Assembly (NCBI RefSeq): GCF_018350175.1
Contig: NC_058368.1
Span: 39,310,001 to 39,374,000, forward strand
Length of the DNA stretch: 64,000 nt
Direction of reading: 5' to 3'
Source of the DNA: Felis catus
Taxonomy: Eukaryota
The notes below the pieces were generated by a model, which saw only the letters and a program-made list of their open reading frames with translations, ran no database searches and was not told where the DNA came from. Shown here one piece after another: positions 1-10,900 of this stretch. The position numbers and the translations under genes are program-made. Numbering within the stretch: position 1 is the first letter of the stretch; every line of letters begins with the position of its first letter.

Positions 1-312
1 TACAACATCATGTTTTGTTTTTCTGTTTCTTTTCCATAATCGTGCTTTCTTCTCTGCATTTAAAAATTCTCTCATATCATTATGACAGTAATATAAATTT
101 TCATGATGTAGTGTTTGGGGGAATAATAAAATAGAGGATTCAAATTATTATTTTATGAATTTATTTAAGACTGGCAATCAATCCTGAAGTAATTTATATT
201 ACTTCAGAATTCTTCCTGATTTATTTCAGTACTTTTTTTGAAAGTTTAATCTCAAACCTTAATTTTATTTATTTACAAGTTCCACTATACCATACTCTTG
301 TAAGTGACTTTT

Positions 313-531
313 TAAAAATTTTTTAATGTGTATTTATTTTTGAGAGAGAGAAAGAGAGAGAGTGTGAGCAGAGGAGGGGCAGAGAGAGAGGGAGACACAC
401 AGAATCCAAAGTAGGCTCCAGGCTGTGAGCTGTCAGCACAGAGCCCGACATGGGGCCCGAACTCACAAACTGTGAGATCGTGACCTGAGCCGAAGTCAGA
501 TGCTTAACAGACAGAGCCACCCAGGCTCCCC
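313..531 (-). mobile_element. Can-SINE (feline SINEC type)
   Basis: Minus strand reads GGGGAGCCTGGGTGGCTC tRNA-like head, (CT)n tract, AATAAA and A-tail; flanked by AGTGACTTTT at 303-312 and 532-541. Confidence 0.95.
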
Positions 532-541
532 AGTGACTTTT

Positions 542-1437
542 TTTTTTTAAATACAATTTATTGTCAAATTGGTGTTCATACAATACCCAGTGCTTATCCC
601 AACAAGTGCCCTCCTCAATGTCTATCACCCACTTTCCCTTCTCCCTCACCCTCCATCAACCCTGTTTGTTCTCAGTATTCACGAGTTTATGGTTTCCCTT
701 ATGGTTTGCCTCCCTCCCTCTCTGTAACTTTTTTCCCCTTCCCTTCCCCCTCCCCAATAGGTTTCTGTTAAGTTTCTCAGGATCCACATAAGAGTGAAAA
801 TATATGGTATCTGTCTTTCTCTGTATGACTTAGCATAACACTCTCCAGTTCCATCCACGTTGCTACAAAAGGCCATATTTCATTCTTCCTCATTGCCATG
901 TAGTATTCCATTGTATATATAAACCACAATTTCTTTATCCATTCATCACTTGATGGGCATTTAGGCTCTTTCCATAATTTGGCTATTGTTGAAAGTGCTG
1001 CTATAAACATTGGGGTACAAGTGCCCCTGTGCATCAGTACTCCTGTATCCCTTGGGTAAATTCCTAGCAGTGCTGTTTCTGGGTCATAGGGTAGATCTAG
1101 TTTTAAGTTTTTGAGGAACCTCCACACTGTTTTCCAGAGTGGCTGCACCAGTTTGCATTCCCACCAACAGTGCAAGAGGGTTCCCGTTTCTCCACATCCT
1201 CGCCAGCATCTGTAGTTTCCTGAGTTGTTCATTTTAGTCACTCTGACTGGTGTGAGGTAGTATCTCAGTGTGGCTTTGGTTTGTATTTCCCCGATGATGA
1301 GTGACGTTGAACATTGTTTCATGTGTCTATTGGCCATCTGGATTTTTTCTTTGGAAAAGTGTCTATTCATATCTTCTGCCCATTCCTTCACTGGATTATT
1401 TGTTTTTTGGGTGTGGAGTTTGGTGAGTTCTTTTATA
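542..1437 (-). mobile_element. 5'-truncated, fairly young feline LINE-1 (ORF2 C-terminus plus 3'UTR)
   Basis: ORF 777-1391 encodes the L1 ORF2 C-terminus ([26 protein letters not shown]...YDP...LLGIYP...CGS); poly-T at left end; several CpGs retained; TSD AGTGACTTTT 532-541/1438-1447. Confidence 0.97.
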
Positions 1438-2185
1438 AGTGACTTTTAAAACTGCTAGTTTGTATAAGGAGAATTCATACAATCATCTTTCCAACACATA
1501 TATTTAAATATTAGTTTGTAGTCTTAAACGAAAGGAAAAATAATTCACATATCAATATAAAAAGATCCATGATTATTTTATAAGAAGTATTTTATATTTC
1601 AAAGTTTATTTCATAAACATTATTACTATACCACATTTTTTCATCTTCATATTTAGAGGCCAATTGAAACAACAGACACTGGGATTTTAGCACAGTATGA
1701 AGAGAATTAATTATGCATCTCCAATTAAGGCCAATTAGAGTTGTACTTCCACTCCCTTGCACACCATGCAAAAACTCTACCCAAAGTGTCTAATATGTAG
1801 AAAGTTCATTAACGTTAAGTTTGGTTTCCATGTCTATTATCATCTCCTGTGGTGTGTACATTACTAAAATGTAATGGAAATTATCTATTAGAGATGTATA
1901 ACATCTAAAACTATCATTTATAGGGACTTTAAATATGAAACTATACATTAACATTAGTAACATTTCTAGGCTTTTGCAAAATATTTCAGGAAGTTTGGAT
2001 TGAATGGCTTGAGAAAAGAGAATTTTAAAAAATCCATTACCCTAAAGGTTTCATTCAGAAAGTAATAACTATGCTGTACTAAAATGAGTCTTAAAAGCTC
2101 TCTATAGTTCTTTGAAGAATTATAAATTGTATTTCTGTTGGCAGATATTATTATTTCTTGTATATGTACAGAGATAGAATATCTT

Positions 2186-2438
2186 TTTAAAAAATTTAAT
2201 GTTTACTTTACTTTTTTTATTTATTTTTTTAATGTTTAGTTTTTTGAGAGAGAGAGAGAAAGAGAGAGACAGAGTACAAGTGGGGAAGGGGCAGAGAGGG
2301 GAGAGACAGAATCTGAATCGGGCTGGAGGCTCTGAGCTGTCAGCATCAAGCCTGAGGTGGGGCTCAAACTCCTGAACTGTGAGATCATGACCTGAGGCAA
2401 AGTCAGATGCCTAACAAACTGAGTCACCCAGGTGCCCC
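2186..2438 (-). mobile_element. Can-SINE
   Basis: Reverse SINE body ending GGTGCCCC; imperfect TSD CAGAGATAGAATATCTT (2169-2185) / CAGAGGGAGAATATCTT (2439-2455). Confidence 0.93.
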
Positions 2439-3022
2439 CAGAGGGAGAATATCTTACTACTTCACATTCTCAATGGAGTTCTTCTATAGTATGTATTTAC
2501 AAATAGTATGTTTTATATTGAAGAGCACTGGGAACCTATGCAAATTTGATTCAAAATAAGAGATTTGAGAATTAGATAGCCAATAAACATTAGCCTTAGT
2601 GTTAATGGTCTTAAATGGTCTATAAAATAGTTCATAAACATCTGTTTAAAGCTATCTATATGCTGCTTTTGTAAAATATTCTTTATATTTTGAGACAATC
2701 AAGGTATTAATCTGAACATGGTATTTTAGACCAAAACTGAAATTTTTATTTGGAAAACTTTATTTTTTCATGCAGAAATAGCTTTGAGGCTGAAATATAA
2801 GTACTATATTCAGGTACAGATAAAAAATTAATTATTAATCAAAATTACAAATATCAAATAAATACCAACAGACCTGGAAATGACTATTGAGTTCAGCTTT
2901 GGGATACTATAGACATGTAATATGTTAAGATACACATATACATAGGCAGTTGAATTATATCAGTGCAGTTCATTGGAGAAGGGCAAGTCTTCAACAAAAT
3001 AGTAGAACAGCTGGATATCTTT

Positions 3023-3521
3023 ATTTTCTTAATTTAAATCCAAGTTAGTTAATATATAGTGTAATAATGTTTTCAGGAATAGAATTTAGTGATTTTTCAC
3101 TTACATATAATATCCAGTGCTCATCCCAACAAGTGTCCTCCTTAATGCCCCTTGCCTATTTAGCCCATCTGCTACCCAGCACCCCTCCAGCAATCCTAAG
3201 TTTGTTCTCTGTATTTAAGAGTCTCTTATGGTTTGTATCCCTCTCTATTTTTATATTATTTTTGTTTCCCTTCCCTTATGTTCATCTGTTTTGTATCTTA
3301 AATTCCAGTCACGTAATATTTGTCTTTCTCTGACTGACTTATTTCGCTTAGTATAATGCACTGTAGTTCCATTCATGTTGTTGCAATGGCAACATTTCAT
3401 TCTTTTTTGATCACCAAGTAATATTTCATTGTGTATATATACCACATCTTCTTTATCCATTAATCAGTCGATGGATACTCAGACTCTTTCCATACTTTGG
3501 CTATTGTCAGTTGTGCTGCAA
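3023..3521 (-). mobile_element. Carnivore LINE-1 3' end fragment nested in the older L1
   Basis: Similar to the L1 3'UTR at 542-780 (CAGTGCTCATCCCAACAAGTG); 12-bp TSD CTGGATATCTTT at 3011-3022 and 3522-3533. Confidence 0.9.
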
Positions 3522-4628
3522 CTGGATATCTTTTAAGAAAAACAGTGTCTGTAAAGAAAAACAATATACTTTAACCCATATCTCAAACCATAAAAAAATT
3601 AGTTTAAAATGGGTTGAACCCACAGTGCCCTTATCAAAAATTTTTAAAAAGATAAATAGAACTTCACAAAAAATAAAACTCATTAATCAGAATTTACCAG
3701 TAGAACATAAAAATGAAAGCTATAGATTGGAAGTATTTAATACATGTACACATATAATATATGGGTATATGTGTCTATGCATGTGTGTCTGAAAAATGAT
3801 ATATAAAAGATCTCTACAAATCAGTGATAAGATAAATAGCACAATTTTTTAATAAGCAAAATTCGGTCAGACATTTCACAAAAGAATATATACCAATTAC
3901 CAGTGAGCACATGAAAAATTACTCAACATTGTTTCTCATTATGGAAATGCAAAACAAAACTCTACACTCACTAGGATGGGTACAATTAAAAAACCAAAAC
4001 GTTGGCAATGATGAAGAATAACTGGAACTTTCATACTTTCCTAGTAGGAGTATAAAATGGTAGAGCCACTTTGCCAATCTAGTTGACAGTTTCGTTAAAC
4101 ACTAAATGTATGCCATATACCTGTTTTATATTATTCCATGTGTTCTATTCATTACACTTTTAGATATTTACCCAACATATGTTCACAAAGAGACTTATAA
4201 GGAATATTTGATGCAGTTTTACTCATAAGAACTAAAAACTGGAAAAAATATAAGTGTCTATCAAAACAAGAATGGGTAACAAATTGTACAAATAAATTCT
4301 ATGAAATTCTACTCAGCAATAAATAGCAAGATACAATCTACACAACAGTATGGATGACTTTCAGGACATTATTTTGAGAACAAGCAGTAGACTAAAAAGA
4401 ACCCATACAAAATGTTTTAATACAAATGAACTTCAAGAACAGGCAAACTAATTTATGGGGAAAGAAATAAGAACAATTTTTGACTGAAAATGTTCATAGT
4501 AGGGGCTGGTTGAAAGAGATACAAGAGAAATCACCAAAGTTATAGAACTTGTCTATATTTTGTGGGGGATATGGTAGGTATATGTTAGTCAAAACTCTTT
4601 AATTTGTACATTTAAGAACTGTGCACTT

Positions 4629-4820
4629 GGGGCACCTGAGTTGAGCATCTGATCCTTGGGTTTCTGCTCAGGTCATGATCCTGGGGTCGTGGGATGGTAC
4701 TGAGCATGGAATATGCTTGGGATTCTCTCTCTCTCCTTCTGGCCCCCCACCCCCACTTGTGTGCTTGCATGTGCTCTCTCTCTCTCTCTCTCTATCAAAA
4801 AAAAAAAAAATTAAAAGGAA
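4629..4820 (+). mobile_element. Older Can-SINE with internal deletions
   Basis: GGGGCACCTG head, CTCAGGTCATGATC, (CT)n and A-tail; AAGAACTGTG repeated on both sides. Confidence 0.88.
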
Positions 4821-4925
4821 AAGAACTGTGTGCTTTACCCAAGTAATCATATATCAACAATAGAAACATACATAAGATAGATGTCGTTTTACATTATTTG
4901 CTTGTGTAGTTGTGTATATACTAAG

Positions 4926-5320
4926 TGATATGGGAAACAAAGGTAGAAGGAAATGGTAGATAAAATTAAATTTCCTTATAGCCTGCAGCCCATTGACAAA
5001 TACTTAAGGCAGGCAGAATATAACAGGAATTCCCTACTGTCTTAATGTTAATGCTGTGCTAGAGGGAAAAACAACTTAAGCTTGACAATAGCAAGGCATC
5101 CGGTATCACAAGTCTTCTTCAGCATATGAAAATCCTTTTGGAAACTTACCCTGCCTTTACCTCCCCCAACACGCAAGTCTCCTCACAGTGACAGGGCAGC
5201 TCTTTCTGCTCATGGGCCGGTCCCTGTGCTTTAATAAAATCACCTTTTTGAACCAAATACGTCTCAAGAATTCTTTCTTGGTTGATGGCTCCAGACCCCT
5301 TTCACTCCAAAACCACATCA
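4926..5320 (+). mobile_element. Carnivore ERV1-type solo LTR (CarLTR-like), copy 1
   Basis: TGAT...ATCA termini; AATAAA near 3' end; flanks CTAAG/TTAAG; 3' part homologous to the LTRs at 46001-46505 and 53622-54332. Confidence 0.8.
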
Positions 5321-5326
5321 TTAAGG

Positions 5327-5830
5327 TGTTGAGAAGTATAAAAAAATTGAAATTTCAGCCTATTTGTAACTGGACAAATTTGCCTACCCCTGATTTATGG
5401 ATGGTGGCAGAAGAATGGAGATTTCTAGGTTAGAGTCAAATGCCTGTATTACATAACATGCAGGAAGGCAGGATGACCTGAATGCTTGCATCAGTTCCCT
5501 TTGCTCCCCAAGTCCAACAGGAGAGCTGAGGAAGGAGCCCAGGTAGATGCTACATGTGCACCACAGGTTTATATCATAGCTAAGGAACCATAAGCCTAGG
5601 AAAGCCTCAATTTTGTAAGCAGGATGCTAGCAAACCTGCCACAATATTCAAGAACACCTGCAAAGAGGTTGTGTATTATTTTATTCAGGAAATGTATCTA
5701 CTCTTTGCCCTGAAGAGAGGCACTACATCTCTCTTCCAAAGCTGTTTTCTGTACAAGCATCCTTGAAAAGATATCTGGAAAAAGCTGATTTTAGTTATGG
5801 AGAAAGTCCATGGAGAACTGTCTCCCAACA
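5327..5830 (-). mobile_element. Old ERVL-type solo LTR (LTR40-like)
   Basis: Minus strand begins TGTTGGGAGACAGTTCTCCATGG, matching the recalled LTR40 5' end, and ends AACA. Confidence 0.7.
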
Positions 5831-5840
5831 TATGAATGTA

Positions 5841-6029
5841 TTTTTTAAATGATTATTTATTTTTGAGAGTGGGGAGAGGGACAGAGAGAGAGAAAGGGAA
5901 AATCTAAAGCAGGCTCTGCACTGTCAGTGCACAGCCTGATGTGGGGCTAGAAACCACAAACAGCAAGATCATGACCTGAGTTGAAATCAAGGGTCAGATG
6001 CTAAACAGATTGAGCCACCCAACCACCCC
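5841..6029 (-). mobile_element. Can-SINE
   Basis: Reverse SINE body (GATCATGACCTGAG...GAGCCACCC); CAACATATG repeated on both sides. Confidence 0.9.
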
Positions 6030-6401
6030 ACAACATATGGATATTTTTATTTAAAGATAATTATTTGGGAAAGTACTACAGCCATTAAAAGATTTTGTTT
6101 TAACATGTAAGTGTATGTGTGTGTGTGTATGCATGTAAATATGCAATATTATGTCAATTTATCCATATACATTACTGCAGGAACTAATGTAAAAGAAGAC
6201 CAGTATTATCCGTTTTTAGGAATTAACAAAGAGTAAGCTTTCTTTTAGCTTTCATAGACGTTTAAAAAAAATACTAAGGTCAATGATATAATTTATTTTG
6301 AAAAAATAAACTTTGCTAAATATTGTTTTTTGTTGTTGGTTTTTATGGTTTAATGCTTTTCCTTTACCTTTCTGCATTCTCAGAAATCAAAGAGGATGTA
6401 G

Positions 6402-6533
6402 TTTTTGTTTTAAATGTTTGTTTGTTTGTTTGTTTGTTTATTTATTTATGTAATCTCTACACCCAACGTGTAGCACCCACAACCCCAAGATCAAGAGTCA
6501 CATGCTCTTCCAACTGAACCAGTCAGGCACCCC
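6402..6533 (-). mobile_element. Short, old tRNA-derived carnivore SINE with (AAAC)n/(AAAT)n tail
   Basis: Minus strand GGGGTGCCTGACTGGTTCAGTTGGAAGAGCATGTGACTCTTGATCTTGGGG followed by an A-rich tail. Confidence 0.8.
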
Positions 6534-6796
6534 ACCTGAGAAGGTGTTTTTTTTTCCTCATTCTGAGAATGATAGATGTATTTTGAACTTCCTGGTATTT
6601 TCGTTCTTTGAGGGAATGCTGGTGCACTGTCTTTAGAGTTAAAACATATATGATAGAGTAAGTTTTTATTGAAAAAGAAAAGTTTTAGTCAGGAAAACAT
6701 GTATCTCATTTTTGAGAGATGAAATAAAAGCACCTTGATTATAGCAACAGGTATCAAATTCAACACTAAAATAACACTTGATTTTTTTGGCCTTAT

Positions 6797-7351
6797 TGAA
6801 AGACCCCTGCTTAGCTTAATAACACACCCCCACCCTATCTTCAGTTTCGTAACGCCTCACTTGCAGGGCTTGTACTTCCACCAGTTGACAAACAGGATAT
6901 CTGCAGTTAGACATCCGTACCCTGGGAGAGCTGTACCCCCACCTTTCCCTACGCAAGACAGGAACAGGTTGTCACATAAATAACGATGACCACTTTCATC
7001 TCGCTTCTGTAAACCTGCTTACGCTCCCAACCCTAACCGGAAGTCCCCAGCCGCTTCGCACCCGGGCTCCAAGTTGCATCAGCCGAGAGAAACTCCATTT
7101 CCCAAGCTTTCCCAGGACGAAATTACCCACAACCCTAACCACCACCGAGCAGAGAGCCTACCACCAGCCTGTATGCAAATGTAACTCAAAATGGTATAAA
7201 AGACCTGTAACCCCGTTTATCGGGGCTCTCCCGCTTTCTAACACTGGGGAGCCCTGGTGCACCAGTAAAGACTCTCTGCCGAAGTCGGAGTGCCGTGTGG
7301 TTCTTTGCGCCAACTCTCGTTCCATAGGGCCTAGGAGCTTGGTTCCTAACA
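6797..7351 (+). mobile_element. Gammaretroviral solo LTR of the ERV-DC / RD-114 family
   Basis: Starts TGAAAGACCCC, ends CCTAACA; perfect 4-bp TSD TTAT (6793-6796, 7352-7355); TATAAAA 7195-7201; AGTAAA poly(A) signal 7264-7269; R-U5 (GGGGAGCCCTGGTGCACCAGTAAAGACTCTCTGCCG...CCATAGGGCCTAGGAG) matches the recalled RD-114/ERV-DC LTR; no PBS downstream. Confidence 0.9.
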
Positions 7352-7754
7352 TTATCTTTTATTATTCTCACAACAGCAACCTACAAAACAAAAGAGGATG
7401 TTTATAAGAAAGAAGGAGAAAGATAACAAGGCATTTCCATTCTTGGTGAGAAGTTATGAAAATATTTCTGCATAAAAGGAATATTAAACTCACAGTGAAA
7501 AACCCTACATCTCAGGAGTCACTGAAGCTGATGTACATATTTATATTTCTTACATTCTTTTGTCAATCATGATGTTTAAAAATCTCTCTCCTAAAAAATA
7601 CACTTTAATATTTTACAGCTTGTTTTTTAAGAGTGCACTGTGCTAACCAATTGAGAAAAAATTATAGACAGAAAGAGAAACAAGAACAAAACCACCTTAT
7701 TTTGGTAAGACAAATAGATTATATAATAGACCCTATTTATCTGTAAATTAAATT

Positions 7755-7975
7755 GGGGCACCTGAGTGGCTTAGTCGGTTAAGTGTCCAACTTCAGCTCA
7801 GGTCATCATCTCCTGGTTCGGTTCCTGAGTTTGAGCCCCGCGTCAGGCTCTCTGCTGACAGTTCAGAGCCTGGAGCCTGCTTTACATTCTGGGTCTCCCT
7901 CTGTCTCTGCCCTTCCTCCACTCATACTCTGTCTCTGTCTCTCTTTCTCTCAAAAATAAAAATAAACATTAAAAA
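7755..7975 (+). mobile_element. Can-SINE
   Basis: GGGGCACCTGAGTGGCTTAGTCGGTTAAG head, CT tract, AATAAA tail; TSD ATTTATCTGTAA(A/G)TTAAAT. Confidence 0.95.
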
Positions 7976-10900
7976 ATTTATCTGTAAGTTAAATGACTCC
8001 TCTATGAACTCACTAGCACCAGAATGAAAGTTGAAGCTATCTTCTAAAAAGAGAAAAACCTGAAATAACACACAATGTAATACAGGCTGTGATCCACACA
8101 CAAATATGGCGTGGAACATCTTTCAGGTTTTGGATAGATCAGTATAAAAAGAAATAATCTTTTCAGGCAATACATTTAAAACTTCATCAAAATATCTTGA
8201 AATTTTAGATATTAAAATAGGGTTTTCTGATTAAGAACAATTTCCTTGCCGCACTTTGCCAAAAGATAAATAGAACAGCCTTTAGTGGATATAATGAACT
8301 CAAACGTTGTTCCCAATGCTCCGTTCTGATTCTGTTCTGGGGCAGCTTTTCAACATTAACGAAACTGTGGATCCAGATTTTCTCTTTAACCTTGGCTTCT
8401 GGGTCCTAGAGTATGAGCTCTGTTCCAGTTGGGATCACCCTCTCCATCAGCAGCTCCATTTCTCTTCAGAAAATGTGGAAGGTCAAAAATTTGAACAGGA
8501 GACTGCCTTGCATTTTTCACCTACCCATAGCCCTTCCGGGCATTTAAGATGTGATGAGGTGCATTCCACTGAGAAAAATGCTTTTTGGGTCATATCGTCA
8601 AAGAAAAATGTAGCAAACAATCAAAAAAAAAACTATCTATTTAGAGGTTCAGGGAAGGATACCTTGTTATGGATGACTTTTCACTGAGAATAAAGACAGT
8701 GCTTCTGGCTTCCCTGAGACTCATGGAGGATACAGTCTCCAGGGTGACAGTGACAATGACTTCTGTAAAGGACACAATAGTCTCACTCTGGAATATGCCT
8801 CAGGCGTTCACTGTCTACTGAGCTATGAAAAGGAGCTGTTGGGTGGAGGGCTCTATGGAGAGAATGCCACTTCACATTTAAAAACTTTTCAATTTCACAC
8901 CGGTGCCCTCAGGAAAAATCCAAACTAGAGCTGACCTCTAGGTATCAGCCACCCTTAGCTCACATTTCTTTTCTTTTCCTCCCTGCTTGTGCTCCAGATC
9001 TACCAAAACACCTTGTAATTCTTGAAAGAATTGTGCTTTCTGAATCTCAGGGTTTTCAGCCTATGTATTCATGTCATTATACACTGTATAATAATAATTC
9101 CTTGTCTGTTTCTTTCCACAGCTTGTAAGCTGCTTCAGAAAAAGAGACCATTTCTTTTCTGCTTTTATATCTTCAGTCCTTGGCAAACAGTAGCAGGCAA
9201 GAATTTAGATGATTTAATGAATTAATTCCCAAATGAAAAAAAATTATAATTTTAAATCAGGAACCTTGTTCCTAGAATTGTACTCTCTACCTAAAGATTG
9301 TAATAACTGGCTAGATATTAACAAGAATGCTGAGGCCTCCATTATGATAAAGGAGCCCTCCTACTCATGGCTATAATTACCCTTACAGGACTATTACATG
9401 TGTTTGGTACTGAGCTATTACTGAGAACTAACTTTCTTTTCAATTAATAGAAAGCAGAAGTAAGTATCAGTTTTACAAACTGATCAAAGGTGTAAATGAA
9501 CTACTATTGCATTATTAGAATAAAATAAACAATTTTCAGATTATATGAATAAATATTGATGTTTTCCCTCATTCCCTAGTACCACTCTAGCACGTGCTAT
9601 GTTAGACTAAAAGATTGTCTACATATAAAAATATTAAATATCAAGAAGCCAAAAAAAGCCATATAAATTATCAGTATAAGCTAGCAGATGACCTCCCACC
9701 CCCACCACCTCCATTATAGGGCATTTTGAGAAGCACCTAGAGTCACGGGTTTACTCCTGTGTTCTAATTGGGTCAGATGACAGAATTCTTCGTTAAGCAC
9801 TTGCCTGCTGAGTTTATCAGGTTTTATACTTTATTCATGCAAAGATGGTAATGCCTATATAATTTTTTTGCAAAACACATTTTTTGAACATTATCCATTT
9901 CTCCAGGGAAATTATTTCTTGCATCCCTACCATTAAAATAAAACAAAAACAAAGCAAAACAAAAAAACCAAAAAACCTCCTTGTGCAAATTTAGATAACG
10001 GTTGGTCATAGCCATTTATACACTGTACACTTATTAATAGAGACCTTCAAATGCTAATTACCCACTTCCAAAGTCATAGACAATTAACCTAGATATGCAT
10101 ATGCAGACATTTTAGAGTAAATTTCAAATTTATAAACATTTGGCCTAGAATTAACTGGCAAAATCTCAATTACAAAGACCACTTGGAATCACTAGGAAAA
10201 GACATTTTCTTCCCCTTTTCTTCTTCGTCCTCAGAGGCCACTGGAGCCATCTTATTGTGCGCTTTTTTTCTTTAAATCTTCCCTGTCATGAAAACATTTT
10301 CCTCAGTTTCTTGTCTCCTATGGTTACTATACCTAGTGTCTTCCTTTACAGCACTTCAAGTATGCATATCCTCTCCTAATAGGGCAAATAAATAAACAGA
10401 CCCACACAAAACAGAAAAACCTCCTTCCAACGATTTTTTTTTTCTATCTTTATTTGGTTCTAAGTCATATGACCAGTAAGTTGCTAAGGTTCCGTTTACT
10501 GCGCTTCTTTTTAGGTATGTGACTTAGGTCTTACTTTTCAGAAAACATGACCATAAGAGATAACCACATTCTCAAACTAGGGGGATGTTTGCCCTAAATT
10601 AGGGCCCATTGCTTAATGAAAGGAAAAGCATTTTATATGTACCATGTACATTTTATATGTACCATGGCTGTGTTGAGAAGGGGTGTGACTGTATTGAGTT
10701 CCTAGGAGACAGGAAAGTCCAAGAAATAAGGTATCTCAATAAATATAAGGCAAAATGACCACAATAGTAATGCAGTCATAGCAAAAATCAAGAGTCGCTG
10801 AACACAGAGGGGCACAAGTGTTTGTGGAAGTGGTCATTTACGGTTTACACTGGAAAAGGGAGATGTGTTGCTGACTTCTGAAAATTGACAATGGCTAGAT

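Larger units (their letters stand above)
2940..4865 (+). mobile_element. Old, degraded LINE-1 (L1M-type) ORF2 3' part and 3'UTR, interrupted by younger inserts
   Basis: L1-like motifs (GTCTTCAACAAA...CTGGATATC; AGACATTTCACAAAAGAA; GGAAATGCAAA; ACTGGAACTTTCATAC); boundaries approximate. Confidence 0.75.

Noticed and set aside
777..1391. 204-aa ORF, the longest in the window
   Set aside because: It is the C-terminal fragment of L1 ORF2 in a 5'-truncated insertion, not a host gene
8307..8687. 126-aa ORF in apparently unique sequence
   Set aside because: TTG start, no recognisable domain, runs through an A-tract and lacks convincing splice boundaries; a conservation/PhyloCSF check would settle it
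9824..10015. Minus-strand exon-like segment after a T-rich tract (RDARNNFPGEMDNVQK...)
   Set aside because: Weak donor and no recognisable protein; the tract is a simple A-rich repeat
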